A stretch of DNA of 63,933 nucleotides, filler included. It is 5 parts of 5 records of this genome, joined end to end, with 100 filler letters (N's around TTAATTAATTAA, not from the genome) between each part and the next. Parts side by side here need not be neighbours in the genome. Positions count along the whole stretch, not along the records: positions 48,096 to 58,829 come from DRR378314_1308; positions 58,930 to 63,933 come from DRR378314_1468; 3 more parts are not named here. One strand, 5' to 3'. The position numbers and the translations under genes were made by a program. The notes beneath the pieces were generated by a model. The model was not told the DNA's origin. It saw only the letters and a list, made by a program, of their open reading frames with translations, and ran no database searches. This document shows, piece after piece, positions 51,801 to 63,752 of this stretch (position 1 is the stretch's first letter; every line of letters starts with the position of its first letter).

Positions 51801-53344
51801 ATGTGAACCAGTCCTTTGGATTTTCCTGCAACGCATCACCAAATCCGCCAGACAAGGATCGGCAATCAGGCTTGGAAATAGCCGGTAGAGTGGCGGAAGC
51901 CGCGCAAGAATGGCGCAAGCGAACGCTTCACAGACGCAAAAAACTAGCATAAACGGATACTACATTATACCACCCAAAGGGCTCGAAACGTTCACCAGTC
52001 CCTGGTAAGCAATCAAAACAGCACTCGAAGCTTGCTTTCTTGTCCGCACGCTCGGCGTTTTCACGACTTAGAAAAATAAATAAAGAAAAGCCCCATAGAA
52101 CTCTTTCCTACTTCGCAGGTGAGCACGGGGTGTGGACGCCTATCCCATGGGTCACACAGAACAGCAGAAACAAGAAGAAAAAGGAAAAGAAAAGCAAGCA
52201 CACGCTTCCGCAGAGGAACAGTCTATTACAAAACAGGTGCCTACATAACACACCGACACTCTGGCAACAAAAAGGTGTTTGTCTCTTTGATAGTCTGTTT
52301 TCGCGCTGTCGCGCACGTGCATTCGCTGCCTCGTACTTTGTATTGAAGGCACTGCCCCTGCAGCGGAGTCGCGACCGATTCCCACGAGACATCTTCGAGC
52401 GCTTCCGCGCGCTGTTCTTCCGTCTCATGCGCGTCTGCGGATTCGGTTTCTTCCTCTGGCTCGATCGTGCTCTCAATAATAGGCACTGAGCAGTTGTACC
52501 GTGCTCCCCACGCAGAAGTCAAGACAAGGTGCCTGGTGGCGACCTGCGCAAAGCGTGCATGGCAGCCCGCGGGAGCAAGATGAGGCGTTGGTGGAGCGAG
52601 ATGCGCCGCACAATTCGGCAAGCACTTGCTGACAAAGCTACCTGCTCATTTCTCACAAATTACGATTCAAAGAGAAACGCCACACATCAACACAGAGCCA
52701 TACACTGACAAACGTATTGGAATTGGCCTTTACGAAGTTATGCGGACACGCCATACACAATGAGGAGCGAGGAAAAGCGACGGACGCGCTATCCGCAGCT
52801 GCACTCGGTTGGTGTGCCCTGAGGCTCAGGCACGCGCCAAGCAGTCCGTGCCCACCGCTGGTCAAATCCACACGAAATCGCAAGACACTCCACCCTACAT
52901 CAATCCCGTGCTCAGAACAACACTATGCTACGATACGCATAAAATCTTTACACCCAGTGGATATTGACAATATCGCGGCGATACACGCAGAAAGATGGAT
53001 GATAATAACATCAAATGACCAGGTAGCAGTGCGGGCCTCTCAAGGGGCCAGCAGCGCTGGCATACACAGAAGCACGCAGCGCTTGCGACACGTCTCCCAC
53101 AGCACTCTCCCCCCGAGCACGTGAACACGCACATGCTTTCTGGCGAGGAGAAATCTCCACCAACACCTTGCTCCTCCACATATCAAGTACGCACCGATGT
53201 ATCGCCCCGATGTTCAGATATACGCGGGTTCATATTGACATGGACGTCATACAGGGGAACATTCTCGGCAGCACTGCGTTTGTGTGCCGCTGCAGCTACA
53301 GACGCGGCTGCAAGCGCTATGACGAAACTGGCGAGCACGCGCAT
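48820..53344 (-). CDS. OS-9/ERLEC1-like ER lectin (MRH domain) with long C-terminal extension, 3' end unresolved
   Basis: Signal MRVLASFVIALAAASVAAA. In-phase exons ARYNCSVP, LQGQCLQYK-ENPKDWFTLELCIGKHVRQFH, YMLG, YDDGEMCANIGKARSVNVTYR-C and KE-TKTCVYEVEVQGPLFC match the MRH cysteine and residue pattern. Confidence 0.8.
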
Positions 53345-54763
53345 GGCTTTCCTCCTCCACCTCTGCAGTTCCTGTCGCAAAAGCTGTAGTAGCCAGAACA
53401 AGAAAATACAATTGTATACTATTACGCACAATCACAAAAATATAAGCACGAGTGGGGGCAAGCGCGTGCGTCGTCTGGTGAAGAGGAGTGCAAGGCAGGC
53501 TGTCGCGGAGCCGCCGCTCTCTTGCACAGACACACACACACACAGCCCCAACCAAACAGACGCGATTTCTGCTCGGCCTGCGGCACTCGCTGACGTCGGC
53601 TGCGTGCGCGTACGATTGCGAACTCGAAAATAAACCCTGGCGCACCCCTCCTGCGCAGGATCAATATCCTTAACCCTTGATGAACAAAACATTTTGACAA
53701 TACAAATAACTAGCATGTGTTGTGGTACCGTAGACCTAATTCGCTTAGACGCTGCTTCCCGCAATCGCACCTGCCGGATCACATCACCGCACCTGTTCCA
53801 AGGATGGTGCCTTTCTGCGCTACCCCTAGCTACTCGGCGCTTTGCAAATGAGCGCCGACGAGAGCGAAAATGGGCTGCGAGAGCGCATGTGCTGAGCCCT
53901 GCGCGCACGCGCCCAGGACCGCTGGAATAACCTTTGTAGCCTTGTGTCGAACATAGTTCCTCACAACGCAGTCGGGTTCTGCGAACGTGCCTGCAATAGC
54001 CTGCCTGACGACGACCGCCTCTCCATATCTGCTGTCTCGGGTCGTTCAAAGATACTTGGCTCTCCTCCATCACATTGCTCTTTTCTCTCCCACTTTACCC
54101 ATATAGTTGTTGTTGTTTTTTCTTTGGCGCGTGGGCGCTGAAACTGCATTTTGATTCGGTTGTTCTCACTTCCAAGGCGCCTTGATATGTTGTCTCTTCG
54201 GCGTGCTGTACTGGCGCTCGCTCGCCGCTCGCCCGGCAGGTACGTGTGCGCGTTCTTGCTTCTTTCGACGTTGTGCTTCGGGTGCCTTCATCTGTAGCTT
54301 TACGCGATTGTGCCCAGGTCTTCCACACGTTAACGCCTAGAGCTCAGCATCAGTAACATGGCATTGTGATTAGAATGCTTTCTGTTACTGCTCCGTGGTC
54401 GGCGAGTTGGAAAATCTGTAGCAGCTGCAATCGCAGGGCGAGTCGCACTGTGCGGTGCGACGTGCTTCGCGAAACGCTTCTGCTCGATCCCTTTGTGGCG
54501 TGGTGTCGTGCTGCGCTGCTTGGCAATTTGTGTGCGCTGCGACACCACTACCCCATTCTCTGCGCCTAGTGCGATAGCGACTTTCCTGAAAGTTGATAAA
54601 GATCTGTAGATTCGCTATTATGCTGTAGGCTTTAGCGTTTTCTAGTCTTGTACGGCCGAGAAAGAAGGGAGGCTCTGATCGCGAGGAACGGGCTCGTTCG
54701 GGCATCCACGGGGACCTCGCCGTGCGGTGCTCAGGCAGGGAGAATGCCAGTGCACCCCGCCCA

Positions 54764-57700
54764 ATGGATCGCGCCGCGTGCGCGCACGGCTCGTCCACTC
54801 TGTCTGCTGCAGTGCAACGCGCGGGAGCGCGATCTAAGCCAATGTGCATCATGCTTACACGCAAAAGACCTATAAACATCGAGGAAAGAGATGTGCTGAT
54901 GGTGGAGTGGCCCGCTGCGTGCTTGGGTTTTGCGTGCAGAGCAACATTTCGTCCCGCGTCTCTGACGCGTGCCGCGGCACTCTCGAGCTCGGCTGGCCAA
55001 GGAACCACTGCCAGCGCACCAACAAGCTCGGAAGGACGAGCGCTGTATCTGGATTCGTTGGTTCGTTCACCCTCGATAATGGTACTCGTATCATTCTGGA
55101 AGAAGAAATCTTTGTGGTTTTGAACCGCGGAAAGAGTGGTTCGCCCCAAAGCTTGCCGTTTTGCTCTTGTGTGCCGCCGCTCTTCCAACCCGCTCCGGTT
55201 TTGCCGCTGCCCGAAGGAGCGTGCTTCTGCGGCGTTGCGCTCAATGCTCGCCTCGACAAGGGATGCTCACAGCTGTACGCATGTACTTGCATCGTATGTC
55301 TGTAGGCGACAACTCCTATGGATCCGCGTGTTCTGGATGCCATGCTTCCGTTTTTGACGGAAAACTATGGCAACCCGCACTCGCGTACACACGTGTACGG
55401 CTGGGATGCTGAGAAGGCAATCGACCATGTACGTGGACCTGCTGTGCGCGTCCAATTCGCAAGCTGCTTGTCACGTTTGCATACCAAGGGCCTCTTTTTG
55501 GAAACATTGATAATGTGACGCACGATGCGTATATCGTACCGGTGCATTTAGTCATCCGTCTGAGAAGGGATGGCGGTTGCTGCTGTTGTTGTTTGCGTGC
55601 GACCAATGGCACGTCGTGGACACGGATGTGCCAGACCAACGCCTCTCCACCCTCAAGTGGCTATCCAACGCGCGCAGCTGCTCGGTCGCTTCCCTCTAGC
55701 GCTTTGCGTTGGCGTCTTTTTCTTCACACACAGCTTCGTTCAGCTGTTCGATAATGATATAGAGTACGATGGAAAGGCACGCATGCGGCTTGCTTCCGTA
55801 CTCTTCCGCGTATGTCTCTCGTAGTGCAGCCGTGGCTTGCTCACGGGGTTTGCATTCGTATGCCTGCATGCGCAACTGTTGAACAGGCTCGAAGCCAGGT
55901 GGCGTCGCTCATCGGCGCTGACGCAAAAGAAATTGTTTTTACTTCTGGTGCCACAGAAAGCAACAATATTGCACTCAAGGTACGAATATGTGCATCGCGT
56001 GCGTTTGCGATATAGAATACGCGTGTCCCGTAGCACGTGGCGTTTGCTAGTGCAGAGCTACTTTGTCTTGCGTTTTTGCGCGCCGGGCTGAAGCTGCAGC
56101 GACGCGCAGCTGATCCGCAGGTTGTCATTGTATTTCCGCCACGCCAATTTTTTTATTGCACGTTTGCTTTTGCGCGTGCGCGTCTTGGGACAATTTGGAT
56201 GTCAGGGCGTGGCGAACTTTTACAAGGCGAAGAAGAACCACATCATCACAACGCAAATCGACCACAAATGCGTGTTGGACTCGTGCCGCTACTTGGAGAG
56301 GGCTGGGTTCGAGGTAAGAGCCGAAGTTTCGCTGATATTCGTTTGCTCCGTGCGCTGTTGTCTGATTGCTGAGTTAAGTAGTGTACTCACCTGCGCGCAT
56401 TGGTGTGGTAGCTTGCTTGCGCATGGTCGCCTCGCTGAATTGCCGTGTTGCGGAAAGTTTTGTGCCTCCGTGCCTTGCTATCCCCGTTGTCGGCTCACTC
56501 AGGCTGCGCTCCGCTTTCGCGATCTCGCAGGTGACTTACCTTCCCGTGGATTCGTATGGCATGGTGAACCCGGAGGATGTGCGGAAAGCTATCCGCGAGG
56601 ACACTGCGCTTGTGTCTGTGATCGCGGTCAACAATGAGATCGGTGTTATCCAGCCATTACAAGAGATTGGAACGATCTGCCGCGAGAACAAGGTGCGGCA
56701 GCTTGCCACATGGAAATCGATCATGTTCTTTGGTGCAAGCACCATGCACGTTCTACTATTCTGCCAGAGTATGTCGCTGTTGCTCTTGTATTCTACCTTT
56801 CTATTTTTGATATGTATATGTCATGTTGTGCGGGCATTGCGTCTTCCTGGATCCCAGGTGTTCTTCCACACGGATGCGGCACAGGCAGTGGGGAAGATCC
56901 CCATCGATGTGAATGAACTCAACATTGATCTGATGTCCATTTCAGGGCACAAGATCTACGGTCCCAAAGGTACGTATTGGATAAGAGTTCGAGATCAGGA
57001 AACGAATGAGAATTTCACGTGTTCTTGTCACTTCCGGGGCACGTTTGCGCGCTCGGGAGCTCGAAAGCCGACATTGAGCGCTTTGGTGTACCGCTTTGCG
57101 GACGGGTTGGCATATCTCGCTCGCCTTGCTTGGCACTGCTCGTTCGCAGCGGTGAATACGTCCGGTGCCTCTGCGCGCAAGGTAGTGTGCGTCTACCGGG
57201 AGCTTATTATCGTTTTTCGGCTCGTCGCACAATTGTTGCTTTGCGTGTAGGGGTCGGAGCGCTGTACGTACGGCGCCGCCCGCGCGTCCGTCTTGAGGCG
57301 CAGATGAGCGGCGGTGGCCAGGAGCGCGGGATGCGGTACGTCGAGGGCGCTTGCAGACGATTCCGCTTCTCACTTGTTTTCCAAGGTCTACGCATGCATG
57401 TCAGTGGCTCACAAGAATCATGGAACAATGCTCCTCTCGGGCACAAGTTGTCTGTGCGAGTGTTCTCGTACCTTTCACCGCATGGAATCTTGTCGTGGCG
57501 ATCGTGCTAACGTCGAATTGTATGCGGTTGCAGGTCTGGAACGTTGCCGACACCGCTGGTCGTTGGTATCGGCGCAGCAGCAGAAGTTGCCAAGAATGAG
57601 ATTGAAAACGATCACGCTTGGGTGTCACACCTGAGCAAACGCCTCTACGATGGTGCGTATTTAGTTGCCGTCTCGTAGCGAAATCCCTCTTCTTTCTGCA

Positions 57701-58760
57701 GACGATCGCACAGATACGCCCACGTTTGTTTGGTTGATATGTTTCAGCCGCTTTCTGAAGCGGTACGGCCGCAGTGGATGAGCTGCTGTAGGTGCTTGCA
57801 CTCCATTCCAGTGCTTGCTCTACTGGGCTAGGAACCGCTGTACTTTTGACGCTCTGGATATCGGCCCACTTTCTTTGGAACTCGCTGTACGGTGGAGTCC
57901 GGTCTCGTTTCTTTCCCGCGCGATGTTTCCTGTGCGTGGACAATATGCACCCGATTTGCATTCTGGCATTTGCGTGTTCGACAATCGAGCGTTTTTGACC
58001 CTCGCAGTACGGCACACCGGAGCCACTCACATGTGTACGCTTCTGCACGCCCTGGTCATACTGTTGCGCATCTGTTGGCGAGACAGGAATCACGAGCCAA
58101 GTAAGTGATATTGTTATGAACGGTCATCCCGACCATCGGTATCCCGGCGCCCTCAACCTGAGTTTCGCCTATGTTGAAGGCGAAAGTCTGCTCATGGCGC
58201 TTAAGCAAATCGCCGTCTCCTCTGGATCTGCATGCACAAGCGCAAGTCTGGAGCCGAGCTACGTATTGCGGTGCGTCGGAATGCTAGCAAATAAGCACGT
58301 CGCGGCCCGGGACTGGACCGCCCGTATGGTGGAGGTAGAAATCGCAAGGATACTTCCTGCTGCAGCGTTCCGCTGGATTCCTCTAATATTGAAGGTCTCG
58401 GTGTTCCGCAGTTGCGAAGCGAAGCGCTAGTGTTCGCGTTTCCAGCGCCTTTCGGGCAACCAGGATAATGCATACTTTGTCCAGCTTATCGTCGCAGGTG
58501 CACTTTTGTATGCCGCTGGCTTTTTCGGGAGGCTCCGCGACGCTTGTCAGCTTACGTGTGTTCGACGTGGCAGTGCATGGCTTGAAGAGCGTGCAATATA
58601 GTTTCCGCGCGTGTCCCCGTATGCGCCAGCGTTTTCCATCGCGACGTTGTTCACAATGAGCGTTTCCGCGTTGCCGTCTTGCAGTGCTCTCGGGGTGGAC
58701 GAAGAGCTTTCGCATACTTCAATCCGATTCGGCATTGGTCGCTTTACGACGGAGGAAGAG
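54764..58760 (+). CDS. NFS1: Mitochondrial cysteine desulfurase (IscS-type), truncated at contig end, start uncertain
   Basis: In-phase exons: [69 protein letters not shown] (PLP Lys), [25 protein letters not shown] (catalytic Cys), [10 protein letters not shown]. Confidence 0.95.
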
Positions 58761-58829
58761 GTACGCGTACATTCATTGCGGATCGTGCTGGTGGGGCGAT
58801 TGCTGTTTTTTTTTTTTTTTTTTTTTTTT

Positions 58830-58929
58830 NNNNNNNNNNNNNNNNNNNNNNNNNNNNNNNNNNNNNNNNNNNNTTAATTAATTAANNNNNNNNNNNNNNN
58901 NNNNNNNNNNNNNNNNNNNNNNNNNNNNN
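58830..58929. other. Artificial contig linker marking the eukaryote/bacterium boundary
   Basis: N44-TTAATTAATTAA-N44 after a poly-T run. Confidence 0.98.
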
Positions 58930-58948
58930 CCCAGAAATACACGCAAAC

Positions 58949-58977
58949 AGCCGCGCGCCTCTCGGCGCGCGGCTTTT
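58949..58977. terminator. Rho-independent terminator-like hairpin downstream of kdpC, possibly bidirectional
   Basis: agccgcgcgcc-tctc-ggcgcgcggct 11-bp stem, followed by ttt on + and gttt on -. Confidence 0.65.
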
Positions 58978-59022
58978 AGCAATGTATTGGGATCGGGTCG
59001 CTGATCCGCTGAATACATTGGT

Positions 59023-59706
59023 TTACTCCATGGTGTCTGAAGCCATCGGGGTGACGGGTGCTGAGGTTAATGGCGCGGCGGTGGTTGATGATACTGGAAA
59101 ACGATCATCCAAACTGACATTCAGCCGCAACACATTCACCACCGGCGAGCCCAGCCAGCCTGTGTTTTCAAGTGCTTGATCAATTAGCGCCATCACAGTA
59201 GCTTCGTCGATGCCGCGTGCTTGCGCTACTCTGGCAACCTGTAGCTCAGCCGCCTCGGGGGAGATATGCGGGTCGATACCGGAGCCAGACGCGGTAATCA
59301 GATCAACAGGGATTTGATCGACACTTACGTTTTCACGTTGAGCAATGGCATTTGCATCTGCCTGGGCACGCTCGCGCAGCGATACGTTACTCGACGCCAG
59401 ATTAGACCCTGAGACGCCACCTGCGTCATTGCCCGCCGCTGATGGGCGACCAATAAAGTACTCATCGCTGACAAACGTCTGGGATACCAGGCTTGACCCA
59501 ACCACCCGACCAGAGGCATCTCGAACTAAACTCCCTTGCGCCTGCTCGGGGAATAACCAGCCGCCCAGTGTTGTGGTAACCAACGGGTAAATTAGCCCCA
59601 GAAGAACTGCCATTACCACCATAAAGCGAAGTGCATTGCCCCAAGAGGCCTTTGCCTGCAGCACATCGTCATTCGCAGCGATCTGGCGTTTCATATCTAC
59701 ATTCAT
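59023..59706 (-). CDS. kdpC: K+-transporting ATPase subunit C
   Basis: GLIYPLV, QAQGSL, GSSLVSQ, YFIGRPSA, SGSNL, PVDLITASGSGIDPHISP, VNVLRLN. AGGAG lies 7 nt before ATG 59706. Confidence 0.95.
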   Translation of the reverse strand: MNVDMKRQIAANDDVLQAKASWGNALRFMVVMAVLLGLIYPLVTTTLGGWLFPEQAQGSLVRDASGRVVGSSLVSQTFVSDEYFIGRPSAAGNDAGGVSGSNLASSNVSLRERAQADANAIAQRENVSVDQIPVDLITASGSGIDPHISPEAAELQVARVAQARGIDEATVMALIDQALENTGWLGSPVVNVLRLNVSLDDRFPVSSTTAAPLTSAPVTPMASDTME

Positions 59707-59716
59707 CACGTTTCTC

Positions 59717-61753
59717 CTAGATAAATAACGCAATCAGCATGTCGAGAAGCTTGATGGCGGGGAATGGCAGTAGCAGCCCACCCAGGCCATAAATCAGCAG
59801 ATTTCGACGCAACAACTCCGTCGCCGATGCCGCCTTCACAGACACACCGCGCAAGGCAAAGGGAATCAATGCCGGAATGATTAATGCGTTGAACAGCACC
59901 GCCGCTAGCACCGCCGTGGTCGGAGAGTGCAAATTCATAACGTCGAGTACGCCAAGCGCAGGGAAACTGGCGGCAAACAGCGCTGGCAAAATAACAAAGT
60001 ATTTAGCCACATCATTCGCCAGCGAGAACGTCGTCAACGCGCCTCGGGTAACCAGCAACTGCTTGCCAATTTCCACCGCACTAATCAGCTTGCCAGGATC
60101 AGAGTCCAGATCCACCATATTGGCCGCTTCACGGGCTGCCTGGGTGCCTGAGTTCATTGCCAACCCTAGATCAGCTTGAGCAAGAGCGGGAGCATCGTTA
60201 GTACCGTCACCCACCATGGCAACCAAGCGACCACTGGCCTGCTCTTCGCGAATCAACGCTAGCTTGCGCTCTGGCGTGGCTTCGGCAATGTAGTCATCCA
60301 CGCCTGCCGTCGCGGCAATAGCCGACGCCGTAATCGGGTTGTCACCCGTGATCATTACGGTTTTGATACCCATGGCACGCAGTTCAGCAAACTTCTCCGC
60401 GATACCGCTTTTAATCACATCAGACAGCGCCACCACGCCCAAAATCTGACTGCCTTCAGCCACCGCAATGGGGGTTGCGCCATCCCGTGAAATACGCGCA
60501 ATGACCTGCTCGTAATCGCTGGGTATGTCACCGCCCTGGGCTTTTACCCATTCCGCAATCGCATTCGGTGCTCCCTTACGCAGTTTTTTACCGCTGGTCA
60601 GATCAACGCCTGACAGGCGTGTTTCAGCACTGAACGCTTCAAAGGTTGCACCATCGGCTTCTTGTCTAAGCTGGACATCGACGCCCTGCTCAGTGGCTAG
60701 CTCCACAATTGAACGCCCTTCCGGCGTAGGATCTTCCAGGGACGTTAAAAACGCCACGTCACGGACTCGCTGACGCGGAATTTGTTGGCAAGGAGCGAAC
60801 TCCGTCGCACGGCGATCGCCAAGCGTTATCGTGCCGGTTTTATCCAGCAGCAAGGTGTCGATGCTGCCAGCAATCTCGACTGCCTTACCTGATTTAGCCA
60901 CCAGGTTAGCTCGCATAGCGCGCTCCATACCCGCAATACCGATAGCAGGCAAGAGGCCACCAATGGTGGTGGGAATTAAACAGACCAGCAATGCCACAAG
61001 CATGACCGTGGAGGTTTCAACGCCCACGAAAGCCGCCATGGGTACCAAGGTGACGACCACGATCAAAAACACCAGCGTTAGCATTGCCAAGAGTACCGAT
61101 AGCGCCAGCTCGGAAGGTGTCTTCTGACGGTTGGCGCCTTCAACCAAGGCAATCATGCGATCTAACAACGATTCGCCAGGGTTAGCGCTAACTTCAATAA
61201 TCAGATGATCTGACAGCACTTTGGTCCCGGCACTGACACCGCTGTTATCGGTGCCCGCTTCACGCAGTACGGGCGCAGATTCACCGGTGACAGCCGACTC
61301 ATTGATCGAGGCAGCCCCTTCAACGATATCGCCATCGGCGGGAATCAGCTCCCCCGCGACCACCTTCACACGATCGCCTTTGCGGAGAGAGTCGGCCGTA
61401 ACATTACTCGTCGTACCATCAGCGTTCAGCTTAACCGCCTTCAGCTCTCCCTTGGTTTTACGCAGCGCCCCAGCATGGGCTTTACCCCGTGACTCTGCCA
61501 GCGACTCGGCACCCGTGGCGAACAGAACGGTGGCCAGCAACAACAACGCGATAGCCAACGCAAAACCGCCATTTTCTCCCTGGGCAAAAGCAATGGGCGT
61601 CAGCCCAAAGCACACTACGGTACCAATGGCGACCACGGCCATCACAGGGTTTCGCGCAAGTTGTTGAGGCGCAAGTCCTTTCACAGCCCCAGCGACGACC
61701 TGGCCAATGGGTAGCGGACGACGCGGCTGTTTAGCAAGCTCAGTATGTGACAT
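59717..61753 (-). CDS. kdpB: K+-transporting P-type ATPase subunit B
   Basis: NPVM, TGES, CLIPTTIG, DKTGTIT, KGA, GDGTNDAPAL, ANDVAKYF. Confidence 0.98.
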   Translation of the reverse strand: MSHTELAKQPRRPLPIGQVVAGAVKGLAPQQLARNPVMAVVAIGTVVCFGLTPIAFAQGENGGFALAIALLLLATVLFATGAESLAESRGKAHAGALRKTKGELKAVKLNADGTTSNVTADSLRKGDRVKVVAGELIPADGDIVEGAASINESAVTGESAPVLREAGTDNSGVSAGTKVLSDHLIIEVSANPGESLLDRMIALVEGANRQKTPSELALSVLLAMLTLVFLIVVVTLVPMAAFVGVETSTVMLVALLVCLIPTTIGGLLPAIGIAGMERAMRANLVAKSGKAVEIAGSIDTLLLDKTGTITLGDRRATEFAPCQQIPRQRVRDVAFLTSLEDPTPEGRSIVELATEQGVDVQLRQEADGATFEAFSAETRLSGVDLTSGKKLRKGAPNAIAEWVKAQGGDIPSDYEQVIARISRDGATPIAVAEGSQILGVVALSDVIKSGIAEKFAELRAMGIKTVMITGDNPITASAIAATAGVDDYIAEATPERKLALIREEQASGRLVAMVGDGTNDAPALAQADLGLAMNSGTQAAREAANMVDLDSDPGKLISAVEIGKQLLVTRGALTTFSLANDVAKYFVILPALFAASFPALGVLDVMNLHSPTTAVLAAVLFNALIIPALIPFALRGVSVKAASATELLRRNLLIYGLGGLLLPFPAIKLLDMLIALFI

Positions 61754-61763
61754 CTCGTTTCTC

Positions 61764-63455
61764 CTAGAAGCCTTGCGTCACGGCTTCAGCAATCGGGCCA
61801 AGCACTAACGCCGGTAAGAAGCCCAGCAGGTTAACAATCACAATGACACCGGCGGTCAATCCCATAAATGCCGGGCTATCCATCGGCAAGGTGCCGCGTC
61901 CCGCGGGTGCAGTGCGCTTCGCTGCCAGCCATCCGGCCACCGCTAATGGCACCAGCATGGGCAGGAATCGACCGACCATCAGTGTGATAACACAGGCAAG
62001 GTTCCACCACGGCGTATCATCGCCAAGCCCTTCAAAACCAGAGCCGTTATTGGCAAATGCAGAGGCAAATTCGTAAAGCACTTGGGTTAGGCCGTGGAAA
62101 CCAGGATTTGAGGTTCCAGCAGCGTTAGGCATCGCTACGGTAAGCGCGGAGAGACCAAGAATGACTAACGGCTGTACCAGGATCGCTAGAGAGATCCAGC
62201 GCATTTCACGAGTTTCTAGCGGTTTGCCAAACAGCTCAGGCGCTCGACCGACCATCAATGAGCCCACAAAAGCCGCCAACATCAGATAGAGAAAGAAACC
62301 GATAAGCCCAACACCGATGCCGCCAAAGGTGACGTTCACAAACATATCCATCAACACCATCATGCCGCCCATGGGGTTGAAGCTGTCGTGCATGGCATTA
62401 ACGGAGCCGTTCGATGTTTGTGTCGTCCAACTGCCCCACAAAGCGGAAAGATCGGTACCAAAACGCAGTTCTTTGCCTTCCAGATTAGCGCCGGGCTGGG
62501 AAAGCTCGACAAGCGCAGCATTCGGCATACGTTCCGAAGAAACCACAACCGAGGTGGAAATCAGCGAAAACGTCAGCATCACAGCACCAATACCCATCAT
62601 TAATCGGCGTCGGCCACTAATAAGTGCGATGGCAATCAGTAATGCGAAGGGAATAATCGTCAGCGAAGCGGTTTCAATCACGTTGGCCAACGGCGTTGGA
62701 TTTTCAAGCGGAACGCTAGAGTTTGGTCCATACCAGCCACCACCATTGGTGCCTAGCTGCTTGATCGCAACCATTGATGCAACCGGCCCTAAGGGAATCG
62801 ACTGCACCTCTTCCACTTGCGAATCCAGCATCTCCACCTGATGCGCCGCTTGGTAGCTAGAAGGTACTCCTTGCGAGGTCAGTAACAGCGCCACCACTGC
62901 TGCCAGCGGCAACATAACGCGCACTAACGTGCGGGTCATATCATGATAGTAATTGCCAACCCCTTTTACCGTTCCCGCAGGCCGAGCCACTAGCAAAGTA
63001 CGCGCTATGGCGACTAGCACAGCGAGCCCCGTAGCGGGGGTTAAAAACTGCAGCGTTACAATGGCAAAGGTTTGGCTTAGGTGGGAAAGCTGCGCCTGGC
63101 CCGAGTAGTGCTGCTGGTTAGTGTTGGTGGCAAACGATACCGCCGTATGCAGCGCTGTATCCCACTTCATACCAGGTATGCCGTCAGGATTCAGAGGCAA
63201 TAAGCCCTGACACATAAACACCAGCCATGCCAGCAGTATCAAGCCTACATGCAGTTTCAGAATAGCTAGCGCATATACTTGCCACGTCATTACGCTTTGG
63301 CTATTAACGCCTGCTAATCGGTAGATAGGCGTTTCTATCACTCTGAATAGCGTGTCGATTCGACTGGGCTGAGTACTTAGCGCGCGGGCAATATATATCC
63401 CTAATGGCACACCAAGTAATGCCACGATGGCATAAATGGCGATCATGTCGTTCAT
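61764..63455 (-). CDS. kdpA: K+-transporting ATPase channel-like subunit A
   Basis: SFATNTNQQHYSG, IKQLGTNGGG, EGKELRFG, TSNGSVNAMHDS, LMVGRAPE, ANNGSGFEGL, LGPIAE. Confidence 0.98.
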   Translation of the reverse strand: MNDMIAIYAIVALLGVPLGIYIARALSTQPSRIDTLFRVIETPIYRLAGVNSQSVMTWQVYALAILKLHVGLILLAWLVFMCQGLLPLNPDGIPGMKWDTALHTAVSFATNTNQQHYSGQAQLSHLSQTFAIVTLQFLTPATGLAVLVAIARTLLVARPAGTVKGVGNYYHDMTRTLVRVMLPLAAVVALLLTSQGVPSSYQAAHQVEMLDSQVEEVQSIPLGPVASMVAIKQLGTNGGGWYGPNSSVPLENPTPLANVIETASLTIIPFALLIAIALISGRRRLMMGIGAVMLTFSLISTSVVVSSERMPNAALVELSQPGANLEGKELRFGTDLSALWGSWTTQTSNGSVNAMHDSFNPMGGMMVLMDMFVNVTFGGIGVGLIGFFLYLMLAAFVGSLMVGRAPELFGKPLETREMRWISLAILVQPLVILGLSALTVAMPNAAGTSNPGFHGLTQVLYEFASAFANNGSGFEGLGDDTPWWNLACVITLMVGRFLPMLVPLAVAGWLAAKRTAPAGRGTLPMDSPAFMGLTAGVIVIVNLLGFLPALVLGPIAEAVTQGF

Positions 63456-63464
63456 AGCAATCTC

Positions 63465-63545
63465 CTAAAAACGCTCGGGGCAAAATAGCGCGTAAAACAA
63501 GTACGCTGCTGTGCCGGTGGCGATTATCAACAGTGCAATATTCAT
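63465..63545 (-). CDS. kdpF: KdpF small subunit (26 aa, too short for the ORF track)
   Basis: aaggagg RBS then MNIALLIIATGTAAYLFYALFCPERF*, with the family YL.YAL..PE.F end. Confidence 0.92.
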   Translation of the reverse strand: MNIALLIIATGTAAYLFYALFCPERF

Positions 63546-63590
63546 CGATGTGCCTCCTTTGATTGGCCCCCAGAGCTTAGAGATTGCCTG

Positions 63591-63644
63591 CGTAAAAAAT
63601 CGATGGCGTTTAAGGCGTTAGCCGTCAAAAAGATGTAAAAAAAA
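63591..63644 (-). promoter_or_regulatory. Putative KdpE-binding direct repeats in the kdpF-trkA intergenic region
   Basis: Minus strand TTTTACA-TC-TTTTTGAC plus a downstream TTTTTTACG, resembling the T-rich E. coli KdpE box. Confidence 0.55.
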
Positions 63645-63752
63645 CAACTTTTGGCCCATTAAGAGAGCTGCCTGCCATTGCTGCACTCGACAGCTTCCCT
63701 ATAGATAGGTGACTATCTTCAGTGACATGTCGCCAGAGTGATCTAACCACCG

